Source: Obrimoposthia wandeli (taxonomy: Eukaryota). Taken from it: a stretch of DNA of 64,000 bases. The notes under the pieces are model-generated. The model had not been told where the DNA came from and searched no databases. It saw only the letters and a list, made by a program, of their open reading frames with translations. The DNA is taken from positions 372,001 to 436,000 of the forward strand of contig CDROCS010002866.1 of NCBI GenBank assembly GCA_977020255.1, written 5' to 3'. The position numbers and the translations under genes were made by a program. Shown piece after piece: positions 49,388-58,245 of the stretch (its first letter is position 1; every line of letters begins with the position of its first letter).

Positions 49388-49412
49388 ATTAATAGTAATC
49401 ATTATCATTAGC
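49388..49412. promoter_or_regulatory. Fur-box-like site upstream of the CHASE-PAS-GGDEF-EAL gene
   Basis: ATTAATAGTAATCATTATC 15/19 to GATAATGATAATCATTATC, plus an overlapping 14/19 match 6 nt along; 37 nt from the ATG. Confidence 0.6.
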
Positions 49413-49534
49413 TTTGTCATTAACATTTGATAGTTAAATTTATAACACCTTCAATTTCTCGGTAAAGCTCTGGAACTTAACCCTAAAAACCTGTATTTTT
49501 TGTCTTCTCTTTTATTATATAAGTTTGATACCTA

Positions 49535-50386
49535 ATGAGTAAAAACACAATTGCCTATCAAGGTTATGCAGGCGCCTATTCGCATTTATCTTGTACTAAC
49601 GTTTTCCCTGATATGAACCCCCATGCTTGCGACAGCTTTGCACAAGCGATGTTTATGGTTGAAAGAGGTGAAGCTTTATTGGCAATGATCCCTATTGAAA
49701 ACTCTACTGCTGGTCGTGTTGAAGAAATATATAGGTTAATGCCTAAAACACAACTGCACATCATAGCTGAGCATTATGAGCCGGTAAATCATTGCTTATT
49801 AGCGATACCTGGCACCAATGTTGAGCAGTTAAAAACAGTTTCCTCCCATCCACAGGCCCTTGCGCAATGTAACGATGCTATTGGCGCGTTAAATTTGCAA
49901 CAAGTCGCACATTTAGATACCGCAGGTTCTGCAGAAGAACTCTCTAAAACCAGAGATACTAGTCATGCAGCTATTGCCTCAAAATTGGCGGCGCAGCTAT
50001 ATAATTTAGAAATAGTAAAAGAAAATTTTCAAGATATAAGTGGCAATACTACGCGCTTTATTATCCTTGCAAAAAATCGCCAAGTGCCTATTTTTGATAA
50101 AGATAAAACCTTTATCACCACCATTATGTTCCGTGTCAGAAATATCCCATCCGCTTTATTTAAATCCATGGGAGGCTTTGCCACAAATGGCATTAACATG
50201 GTGAAACTAGAGAGCTATATGGAATCAAACTCTATGTCAGTCACCAGTTTTCATTTAGATGTAGAAGGCCACCCTGAACAATCACAAATGCAATTAGCAT
50301 TACAAGAGCTAGAGTTCTTTTCCAGTGAAATGAGAGTAATAGGCACTTATTTAAGTCATGATTTTAGAGGGGAAATTAGCTTCTAA
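49535..50386 (+). CDS. pheA: Monofunctional prephenate dehydratase with ACT domain
   Basis: AYQG..GAYSH, PIENS, SHPQALAQC, NTTRF, KLESY; no chorismate mutase domain. Confidence 0.93.
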   Translation: MSKNTIAYQGYAGAYSHLSCTNVFPDMNPHACDSFAQAMFMVERGEALLAMIPIENSTAGRVEEIYRLMPKTQLHIIAEHYEPVNHCLLAIPGTNVEQLKTVSSHPQALAQCNDAIGALNLQQVAHLDTAGSAEELSKTRDTSHAAIASKLAAQLYNLEIVKENFQDISGNTTRFIILAKNRQVPIFDKDKTFITTIMFRVRNIPSALFKSMGGFATNGINMVKLESYMESNSMSVTSFHLDVEGHPEQSQMQLALQELEFFSSEMRVIGTYLSHDFRGEISF

Positions 50387-50410
50387 AGCTAAGGAAGCAG
50401 CGAAGAAGTT

Positions 50411-50640
50411 TCAGGCGCCCCTGTCGTACAGGATTGTTGGTAATTGAGACAATGGTTACAATCGGGCTGGCTCCCCGGCGCAACCCATTTAGAAAAAGCA
50501 CGAATGATCCCGTACGACCCGCAGGATGGATAACTAAGCGGTCAACTCCTTTGTCAAGACGCTTGTAAAGGACTGGCCATTCAGTCCACATTCTTGCGCG
50601 GATTTAACCGCCTAGTTATCCATAGGGAACATCTGGGACT
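50411..50640. ncRNA. Structured intergenic element (candidate ncRNA or transposase-less IS end)
   Basis: Two large stems (50423-50433/50508-50518 and 50526-50545/50604-50623) with inner hairpins; about 50% GC; lies between convergent genes. Confidence 0.45.
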
Positions 50641-50750
50641 TATTCACTACTTTAACTCAGCATTGGAAGACTTAGTTTTATAGCACTAATAGTTAGACAA
50701 CTTACTTCTTATTAGCGCATTATTTTGCGCTCATAAGAAGCGGCATAAGA

Positions 50751-51125
50751 TCAGCGCTTATTTAGCTTCACTGAATATTTTTTACTGTTCATACCATCTA
50801 CACTACAGCCAGCGGTTATCACAACTTGCTTAATACCTTTAGCGATAGTCACTGACCTTAGTGAACGGGTAAAAGGCTGCTCGTTTACATGTGGATGCTG
50901 TAACACTCTTTTGCCTAACACTTGCCCATCTAACGTTTCAACTTGCCAAACATTGGCATAGTGATCCCAGCTTTTATCTGCGTGTTTTAAAGTCACGGAA
51001 AAAGAGTAATTATTGGCAGAATTCTTGGTGACTTTTACGCCTTTGATAAACGTTTCACTGGCAAAGCTTGGTATACTTACTAAAGAAAATAATCCACATG
51101 CAATTAAGCTATTTTTAATACTCAT
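50751..51125 (-). CDS. Conserved secreted hypothetical protein
   Basis: Signal peptide; VTLKHAD..WDHYANVW, RVLQHPHVNEQPFTRS. Confidence 0.75.
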   Translation of the reverse strand: MSIKNSLIACGLFSLVSIPSFASETFIKGVKVTKNSANNYSFSVTLKHADKSWDHYANVWQVETLDGQVLGKRVLQHPHVNEQPFTRSLRSVTIAKGIKQVVITAGCSVDGMNSKKYSVKLNKR

Positions 51126-51189
51126 TTTTAACCTCGAAAATTAAGTTTCTTTAAACCTATTCATGGAACAAGCTGTTGGTATCACTAAT

Positions 51190-51341
51190 CATTGCTTTCC
51201 GGTTTAAAAGTGTAAACTTTCTAACTCATTTACTTGCGGTTTTCTAACATAGTTAATTGTTTTTTTTCAGAAAAATGACACTTGTGCTTAACGTAAAATC
51301 AATGCGTTAAAGAACAACAAAAATTAAACAGGACACTAATC
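51190..51341. mobile_element. IS4-like MITE, family 1, copy c (152 bp)
   Basis: Degenerate TIRs CATTGCTTTCCGGTT / AACAGGACACTAATC with a perfect 9-bp duplication ATCACTAAT (51181-51189, 51342-51350). Confidence 0.82.
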
Positions 51342-51412
51342 ATCACTAATACAAAAAAATCATTAATGTATTATTGAAATAGGCGCGTAATCCTAACATT
51401 AGGTATACTATT

Positions 51413-51432
51413 ATCTGTTTTAATTAACAGAT
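51413..51432. promoter_or_regulatory. Palindrome (CTGT-N8-ACAG) upstream of the globin gene
   Basis: ATCTGTTTTAATTAACAGAT just downstream of TATACT (51404-51409). Confidence 0.3.
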
Positions 51433-51484
51433 CAATAGATTTTTTCAATTGTTCAATATCAGCGCTTAACCACAGGGAAACTCA

Positions 51485-51877
51485 ATGCAATATGGTGTAC
51501 AAAACAGTTCGTTCTTAGCAGCCGGTGGCGAAGAAGGTCTTTTTTCTTTAGCGACAGACTTCTATCATCAAATGGAAACACTTCCTCAAGCGCAGTTAAT
51601 TCGCAGCATGCACCCAGATGATTTAACGCAATCTATCGATAAGCTAGCAAGCTTTCTCAGTGGTTGGTTAGGAGGTCCAAAGAGGTACCGTGAGAAGTAT
51701 GGCAGTATCAGCATTCCAAGGGCCCACCAGCACTTAAAAATTAGCGTAATAGAGCAAGATGCTTGGTTACTTTGCATGCAAAAAGCGTTACAAAATACCG
51801 ATTATCCTGAAGATTTTAAGCAATACTTACTCAAACAATTAGCGGTTCCTGCCAGTCGTTGTGTTAATTCTGAATAA
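51485..51877 (+). CDS. Group II truncated hemoglobin (trHbO)
   Basis: GGEEG..LATDFY, FLSGWLGGP..Y, HQHLKI...DAWL.CM. Confidence 0.92.
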   Translation: MQYGVQNSSFLAAGGEEGLFSLATDFYHQMETLPQAQLIRSMHPDDLTQSIDKLASFLSGWLGGPKRYREKYGSISIPRAHQHLKISVIEQDAWLLCMQKALQNTDYPEDFKQYLLKQLAVPASRCVNSE

Positions 51878-51904
51878 ATAGAGCGTATTATTGTTATGCC
51901 CGAT

Positions 51905-52203
51905 CTTTACTGTCCGGTTAAAAAGCATAAGCTCTCTAACTCATTGATTTGTGGTTTTCTAGCATAGTTAATTGGATTTTTTTCAGCCAAATGATACTTT
52001 TGGTTAACGTAAAATCAATGAGCTAAAGAACAAATAATGATCCCCGGGGCAAGCCCTCTCACTTAGGCTCGACTTCACTTCCTGAAGCGGGGTATTCCTA
52101 GTGACTATTGGTGCTAACAAGTTCACGCCCTAAAGGCCGGGGAATTAGACCCTTGATGATTTAGGCTCCGCCTGATTCATCTCTATTAAACCGGACAGTA
52201 ATG
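51905..52203. mobile_element. IS4-like MITE, family 1, copy d, carrying a nested family 2 element
   Basis: TIRs CTTTACTGTCCGGTT / AACCGGACAGTAATG; 9-bp duplication ATGCCCGAT / ATGCCTGAT. Confidence 0.87.
52035..52189. mobile_element. Hairpin-ended non-autonomous element, family 2 (IS200/IS605-derived, PATE/REP-like), copy 1
   Basis: About 93% identical to 53212-53366; no TIR; hairpins CCCCGGGG-CAAGCCC.. and CGCCCT-AA-AGGCCG; TAA on both sides. Confidence 0.72.
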
Positions 52204-52716
52204 ATGCCTGATAAAACCAAAGATAACGCTCAAGTGATGGGTAAATGGATGATGCATCTTACTTGGATTCTAGGTTTAGCACTAGCGAGCTATTTTTTTC
52301 AAAATTGGATCGATCAAAAGCGCAATCCAAATCAATCTCTCAGTAGTAATAGTCAACAACCTGTGGTGTTACAACAAAATTCACAAGGACATTATGTTGC
52401 CTCTGGTATGATAAATGATACACCTGTGGTTTTCTTGCTCGATACAGGAGCGACCAGCGTTGTGGTAGGCGAAAAGCTCGCTGCACAGCTCTCACTACAA
52501 AGTAACGGTCAAACTCAAGTATCTACGGCTAATGGGATTATTAATGTATCTGCGACGCAATTAACAAGCGTCAGTTTAGGGGGGTTAACGGCGACCAATA
52601 TAGCGGCCTATATTAATCCGTATGCCGATTCATCAACGGTGCTACTAGGTATGAGTTTTCTCAAGCATCTAACTTTAGTACAAAAAAATAATACCCTGAC
52701 ATTATCATTACCTTAA
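52201..52716 (+). CDS. Clan AA (retropepsin-like) aspartic protease, TIGR02281-like
   Basis: N-terminal TM, QGHYVASG, FLLDTGAT, LLGMSFL. Confidence 0.9.
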   Translation: MMPDKTKDNAQVMGKWMMHLTWILGLALASYFFQNWIDQKRNPNQSLSSNSQQPVVLQQNSQGHYVASGMINDTPVVFLLDTGATSVVVGEKLAAQLSLQSNGQTQVSTANGIINVSATQLTSVSLGGLTATNIAAYINPYADSSTVLLGMSFLKHLTLVQKNNTLTLSLP

Positions 52717-52752
52717 AGCTTTACAACCTCTTTTCTAGCCTGGAATAAACCT

Positions 52753-53214
52753 ATGAATAAATTTTTGATTATTGCCCTTATTGCCGTTTTCGCCGGCACC
52801 GTCTATTTTATAGTACTTGGCCATAAATCAAAGCAAGGTGCTGCCTTAGGTCTGCAAAATAACAAGCTGCAAGCTTGCCCTAAAACACCCAATTGTGTGT
52901 CTAGTGAAGAAAACGTAAATGCAGAACACTACATTACCCCTATGTCTGTAGTGAACCAAACACCTGAGCTGATAATGAATAAAGTTAACAAAGCGGTGCT
53001 TGCCCTTAATGGAGTCGTTAAAGCTCGTGAAAACCACTATTTAGCGGCCACGTTTACCTCTTCATTATTTCGCTATGTTGATGATTTTGAAGTGCGCTTT
53101 GATCAGGAACAGCAGTTAGTGCACTTTAGATCAGCCTCAAGAGTAGGTAAAAGTGACTTTGGCGCGAACCGCAAGCGTGTTGAAGCAATGAAAAAGTTAT
53201 TACAAGGAAAATAA
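52753..53214 (+). CDS. DUF1499 family protein
   Basis: CPKTPNCVSS, FRYVDDFE, FRSASRVGKSDFGANRKRVE. Confidence 0.9.
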   Translation: MNKFLIIALIAVFAGTVYFIVLGHKSKQGAALGLQNNKLQACPKTPNCVSSEENVNAEHYITPMSVVNQTPELIMNKVNKAVLALNGVVKARENHYLAATFTSSLFRYVDDFEVRFDQEQQLVHFRSASRVGKSDFGANRKRVEAMKKLLQGK

Positions 53215-53366
53215 TGATCCCCTGGGCAACCCCTCTCGCTTAGGCTCGACTTCACTTCGTGAAGCGGGGTATTTTTAGTGGCTATTGGTGCTAACAAGTT
53301 CACGCCCTAAAGGACGGGGAATTAGACCCTTGATTATTTAGGCTCCGCCTAATTCACCTCTATTAA
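53212..53366. mobile_element. Hairpin-ended non-autonomous element, family 2, copy 2
   Basis: Same length and TAA flanks as 52035-52189; the left TAA is the DUF1499 stop codon. Confidence 0.72.
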
Positions 53367-53377
53367 ATTACCTATAA

Positions 53378-53403
53378 ATTAAGGCGCTAAACAGCGCCTT
53401 AAT
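53378..53403. terminator. Bidirectional terminator
   Basis: ATTAAGGCGCT-aaac-AGCGCCTTAAT perfect 11-bp stem between convergent units. Confidence 0.7.
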
Positions 53404-53427
53404 CTTATTCAATTGTTCAGCCGCTGA

Positions 53428-53814
53428 CTACAGGACTGCCGTCGCTTCTATCTCTACTTTTGCTTGATCTTCGATTAAATCGGCAACTTGCACCATTGTC
53501 ATCGACGGAAAGTGCTTACCAAATACAGATCGATAAGCTGCGCCTAATTCTTTTTGAGCGCTTAAGTATTCCTGTTTATCAATAACATACCAAGTTAAGC
53601 GTACTACATGCTCAGGTTTCGCATCCGCTTGCGCTAACACTGCAGCAATATTTTGTAATGCTTGTAAACATTGCTCTACAAAATCGTCCGTTTCAAAAAC
53701 TTGCTCTGCGTTCCAGCCTATTTGCCCGCCAACATAAATAGTTTCCCCACTGGCTATAATGCCATTTGCATAACCTAGTGCTGGCTTCCAGCCCTGTGGT
53801 TGTAAAAATTTCAT
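53428..53814 (-). CDS. RidA (YjgF/UK114) family protein
   Basis: GYANGI, GGQIGW, HFPSMTMVQV, VEIEATA; ATG 53814 (track 53826). Confidence 0.92.
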   Translation of the reverse strand: MKFLQPQGWKPALGYANGIIASGETIYVGGQIGWNAEQVFETDDFVEQCLQALQNIAAVLAQADAKPEHVVRLTWYVIDKQEYLSAQKELGAAYRSVFGKHFPSMTMVQVADLIEDQAKVEIEATAVL

Positions 53815-53896
53815 ATAAATATCCACTGTTAATGTTTGTATTAAAAAATCAAATGCAGCCGTTTTAACGATACATTTACACTGTTCATAATTTGGT

Positions 53897-55120
53897 TTAA
53901 GTCACTGCGTTTCTAGTTTTAAATTCAGCGCAATCCCAACGTTTATGGGTAATAACATCTTCAATTATCGCCGCTGCGTTAATGATATCTTGCTCATCTA
54001 AATAAAGGGGTGTGATACCAAACCGTGCCACATTGGGCATTCTAAAATCTCCAATAAGCCCTTGTGCTATCAGCGCTTGTACTAGTGCATAGGCTTCATC
54101 GAAATGAAACGACACTTGAGAACCTCGCTGATGCGCATCTAAAGGGGAAGCTAACTGTAAATTTGGGCAACGCCTTTGTACTTCGCTGATGAATAGCTGC
54201 GATAACTCGATAGATCTTGCACGTATTTGCGCCAAGCTAATACCTTGCCATACCTCTAATGCCGCATCTAAGCTAGCTAGCCCTAAGACAGAAGGTGTGC
54301 CTACGCGCATTCGCCCAATACCCTGCATCGGCGTGTATTTTGCATCAAAAGCAAAAGGGCTTTCGTGTCCCATCCAGCCGGTTAATACCGGTTGAATATT
54401 ATTTATATGACTTTCTTTTACATATAAAAATGCCGGCGCACCTGGACCACCATTTAGATATTTGTATCCACAGCCTACTGCAAAATCGACATTTAGCTGT
54501 TCAACTTGAACATCTAAAGCACCGCCACTGTGACATAAATCTAAAATAGAAATAGCCCCTACCAACTGTGCTTTTGCGGATATTTTAGCCATATCATGTA
54601 AGCGGCCAGTGCAATAATCTACTTGTGTCACCATCACCACTGCGGTGTCTTCATCAATGGCATCACACACTTCCTGTGGTGTAACCACTTTTAACTGATA
54701 CGCTTGTGATGGATCTAGCTGGGCATTTAAATGAGCAATAATTCCTTGGGCGACATATAAATCAGTCGGGAAATTACCGCTGTCAGATAAAATCACTCTG
54801 CGCAGTGGGTTTAACGAAATCGCCGCATTTAACACTTTATATACATTAATGCTGGTGTTATCAGCCGTCGTAACGGTGCCTTTAGGTGCGCCGATAATAG
54901 TGGCAATTTTATCCCCCACTACTTGGGGTAAATTATACCAGCCAGCTTCATTCCAGCCGCGAATAAGTTTCTTAGACCACTGATTATCTAATTCATCCAC
55001 CAGCCTAGCACGTGAGGCATGTGCCATTGGCCCCAATGAGTTGCCATCTAAATAAATGACACCTTCAGGTAGATCAAAAGCGGTTTTTGTTTTGGCGAAT
55101 ATTTTTGCTAAATTAGTCAC
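53897..55120 (-). CDS. kynU: Kynureninase
   Basis: YLDGNSLG, DLCHSGG, GCGYKYLNGGPG (PLP Lys), RGSQVS. Confidence 0.95.
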   Translation of the reverse strand: MTNLAKIFAKTKTAFDLPEGVIYLDGNSLGPMAHASRARLVDELDNQWSKKLIRGWNEAGWYNLPQVVGDKIATIIGAPKGTVTTADNTSINVYKVLNAAISLNPLRRVILSDSGNFPTDLYVAQGIIAHLNAQLDPSQAYQLKVVTPQEVCDAIDEDTAVVMVTQVDYCTGRLHDMAKISAKAQLVGAISILDLCHSGGALDVQVEQLNVDFAVGCGYKYLNGGPGAPAFLYVKESHINNIQPVLTGWMGHESPFAFDAKYTPMQGIGRMRVGTPSVLGLASLDAALEVWQGISLAQIRARSIELSQLFISEVQRRCPNLQLASPLDAHQRGSQVSFHFDEAYALVQALIAQGLIGDFRMPNVARFGITPLYLDEQDIINAAAIIEDVITHKRWDCAEFKTRNAVT

Positions 55121-55136
55121 TTTAATTCTCTTCTCT

Positions 55137-56759
55137 TTAATGCTTTAACTGAAAACGTTGGATTTTACCAGTTGCTGTTTTTGGCAGCGCTTGAATAAAA
55201 CGTACTTCTCTAGGGTATTTATAAGGAGCGATGGTGGCTTTTACATGATCTTGTAAGCGCTTAACTGTGACATCGTTATCTACAATACCCTCTTTTAACA
55301 CAACATAAGCACAAACAAGCTGCCCTCTTGCATCATCCGCAATGCCCACTACTGCACACTCAGATACTTCATCGTGCAGCAATAATGCCGCTTCAACCTC
55401 AGGACCTGCGATATTGTATCCAGAGGAGATAATCATATCGTCGGCGCGGGCAGCAAAATGAAAAAAACCTTGCTCATCTTGGTAAAAAGCATCACCGGTA
55501 ATATTCCAGCCATCACGCACATATTCTTTTTGTCGATCATCCGCTAGATAACGACACCCTGTAGGCCCTTTTACGATTAACCTACCCACTGTGCCACGTG
55601 GCATTTCTTGCATGTTTTCATCAACCACTTTCGCTTGGTAGCCCGCAACAGGCTTACCGGTGCAATTTGCTTTGCGATCATTTAGATGGTTAGTAATAAA
55701 AATATGCAGCATTTCAGTGGCCCCTATTCCATCCAGAATAGGTTTGTTGGTTTTAGCATTCCACTCATCATAAATGGCTTGAGGTAGTGTTTCACCAGCA
55801 GAAATAGCCACGCGCAACGAAGACAGATCAGCGCCTTCATCCATTGCCGCTAACATGGCGCGATACGCGGTAGGTGCGGTAAAACTGATAGTGGCTTTAT
55901 AAGTTTCGATAATGTTAATCATATCAGCTGGCGTTGCTTTTTCTAGCAGTGTGGCCGCAGCGCCGAAACGTAGCGGGAAAATAGCTAAGCCGCCTAAACC
56001 AAAGGTAAAAGCAATGGGAGGTGACCCTACAAATACATCATCGCTGGTGACATTTAATACTTCTTTAGCGTAGCCATCGGCAATAATCAGTAAATCGCGA
56101 TGAAAATGCATGGTCGCTTTAGCTTCACCTGTGGTACCAGATGTAAAACCTAGCAAAGCAACATCATCTGAGCTGGTCATCACCGTGGAAAATTTAACGG
56201 GCTTGTTTAAAGCGACCCGATCTAATTCGGCATCGAAATTAGCTGTACCATCAAACCCGACTACGTTTTTAAGATACTGGCTGTCTTTCGCACACAGCAC
56301 TAATTCATCCATCAAACGGGTATCACACAACGCCACACTAATTTGTGCTTTATCGACTATTTTAGTAATTTCACCGGCGCGAATCATTGGCATAGTATTT
56401 ACCACTACCGCACCTGCTTTAGTCGCCGCTAGCCAACAAGCAACCATTGCAGGATTGTTAGCCGAGCGGATTAACACTCTGTTACCCGGCTTTATGCCAT
56501 AATCTTCGACTAAGGCATGGGCCAGTTTATTTGACCAATCAGTCAATTCTTTATAGGTGCGGTGCCGCCCATTGCCAATTAATGCCGTGTGATCACCAAA
56601 TCCTTGCTCAACCATTTTATCGGTTAATTCCCAGCCTACATTTAACTGCTTGGGATACGAATAAAGGGTATCGTTTAGCTCAGGCCATAAGTGCTGCGCC
56701 GGCAGGTTATCACGACAAAAGCTATCGGTGTGTGCACTCGCATTTAAAGATTCTTGCAT
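55137..56759 (-). CDS. 2-aminobenzoate (anthranilate)-CoA ligase, benzoate-CoA ligase family
   Basis: SAHTDSFCRDNLP N-terminus, GFTSGTTG, GIGATEMLH, YNIAGPEVE; cluster context. Confidence 0.88.
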   Translation of the reverse strand: MQESLNASAHTDSFCRDNLPAQHLWPELNDTLYSYPKQLNVGWELTDKMVEQGFGDHTALIGNGRHRTYKELTDWSNKLAHALVEDYGIKPGNRVLIRSANNPAMVACWLAATKAGAVVVNTMPMIRAGEITKIVDKAQISVALCDTRLMDELVLCAKDSQYLKNVVGFDGTANFDAELDRVALNKPVKFSTVMTSSDDVALLGFTSGTTGEAKATMHFHRDLLIIADGYAKEVLNVTSDDVFVGSPPIAFTFGLGGLAIFPLRFGAAATLLEKATPADMINIIETYKATISFTAPTAYRAMLAAMDEGADLSSLRVAISAGETLPQAIYDEWNAKTNKPILDGIGATEMLHIFITNHLNDRKANCTGKPVAGYQAKVVDENMQEMPRGTVGRLIVKGPTGCRYLADDRQKEYVRDGWNITGDAFYQDEQGFFHFAARADDMIISSGYNIAGPEVEAALLLHDEVSECAVVGIADDARGQLVCAYVVLKEGIVDNDVTVKRLQDHVKATIAPYKYPREVRFIQALPKTATGKIQRFQLKH

Positions 56760-56922
56760 GACTTTTCCCTTTTCTTAGATTTATTGAGGGCTCTTCAACA
56801 TAATTTTAAATTACGCAGAACACTGCTTTTTTAAACCAATGCTATGCGCTACATGTATGTTAGTTGCTGTTGCCTATTACTGCTTTCAGTTACTGCTAGA
56901 GAGCTTTGCACAATTACTGCAC

Positions 56923-58137
56923 TTATACGGCGTACTCAAAATCCCCTTTATAGGCATAAACTCCGCGAGCAATGATGATTTTTTGTACATCAGAAGCGCC
57001 TTCATAAATACGCAGTGCGCGAATATCTCGGTATAGCGTTTCCACCACTGTGCCACTGCGCACGCCATCACCCCCATGTAACTGCACTGCTTTATCTATC
57101 ACTTTTTGGGCATTATCAGTGGCGTATAACTTGGCCATTGCCGCTTCTCTTGTGACACGACTTGCACCACTATCTTTTGTCCAAGCTGCGCGATAAACCA
57201 ACAATGCCGCGGCATCAACATCCAACGCCATATCAGCGATATGTCCTTGCACCATTTGCAGCTCAATTAATGGATTACCAAATAACTCTCTTTTTTGCAC
57301 ACGCGCAACACTTTCACTCAACGCTCTTCTGGCAAAGCCTAACGCTGCGGCACCCACCGTGGACCGAAAAACATCTAGTACTGACATTGCAATTTTAAAG
57401 CCTTCGCCTTCTTCCCCTATTCTACTGCTGGCTGGGATTTTGGCGTTTTCAAATTTAAGCGTCGCCAATGGGTGAGGTGCAATGGTGTGCAAGCGTTCTT
57501 TAATGCTAAAACCCGGGGTGTCAGCAGGTACGATAAACGCTGAAAGCCCTTTAGCGCCTTGCTCGGATGTGCGGGCAAACACGCAGTAAACACCGGCTAT
57601 GGCGCCGTTTGATATCCACGTTTTTTCGCCGTTTAAAAGATAATGATCACCTTCTAGCTGCGCACTTAAACTAATATTGGCAACATCTGAACCCGATTTT
57701 TCTTCCGTTAAAGCGAACGCTGCCAGCGTTGCTCCCACGCGTGTTTTCTCTAACCATTGTTGTTGCTGTGTTGGATTGCCAAATAAGCTGATAGCACCAG
57801 TGCCTAGGCCCTGCATTGCAAATGAGAAATCAGCGAGTGCATCATGGCGCGCCAGTGTTTCGCGAATTAGGCATAGGCTGCGTACATCCAGCCCTGCATT
57901 CGATTCATCTTCTTTTTCAAGATCATGACTATCAAGACCGTTTTTATTAGGATCAACAGCACTGTATTTTAGCCAGCCGTCTGCACCGAGCTGTGTCACC
58001 AAATCAATACAAGCCGCGTCAACATCTGCGTGTGATACTGGCAAGTGCTGCGAACACCACTGTTCCAACTTTGCGGCCAATACACGATGCTTGTCTTCAA
58101 AAAAAGGCCAATCTAAAAATGATTTATCGGTATACAT
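56923..58137 (-). CDS. Acyl-CoA dehydrogenase
   Basis: [33 protein letters not shown]. Confidence 0.92.
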   Translation of the reverse strand: MYTDKSFLDWPFFEDKHRVLAAKLEQWCSQHLPVSHADVDAACIDLVTQLGADGWLKYSAVDPNKNGLDSHDLEKEDESNAGLDVRSLCLIRETLARHDALADFSFAMQGLGTGAISLFGNPTQQQQWLEKTRVGATLAAFALTEEKSGSDVANISLSAQLEGDHYLLNGEKTWISNGAIAGVYCVFARTSEQGAKGLSAFIVPADTPGFSIKERLHTIAPHPLATLKFENAKIPASSRIGEEGEGFKIAMSVLDVFRSTVGAAALGFARRALSESVARVQKRELFGNPLIELQMVQGHIADMALDVDAAALLVYRAAWTKDSGASRVTREAAMAKLYATDNAQKVIDKAVQLHGGDGVRSGTVVETLYRDIRALRIYEGASDVQKIIIARGVYAYKGDFEYAV

Positions 58138-58245
58138 TTATTATCGCTCTCTTGCACCGGTTCAGCTTAATGGCTATTTGAAAAACTACTTATCTTGTAA
58201 AAAATATGATTTAAAATGATGTTAACCCTGAGATCAGCCCTTTAA

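Noticed and set aside
50387-50410. AAGGAAGCAGC as SRP RNA (ffs) helix 8
   Set aside because: The required upstream CAGG.CC.G half is missing and that position is pheA coding sequence.
50376-50591. 71-aa minus-strand ORF after pheA
   Set aside because: Lies across the structured element, overlaps the pheA stop and has no recognisable features.
50411-50640. 6S RNA or tmRNA
   Set aside because: A few short 6S-like words occur on the minus strand but in the wrong order, with no single long rod and no zapA/ygfA context; no tRNA-like ends for tmRNA.
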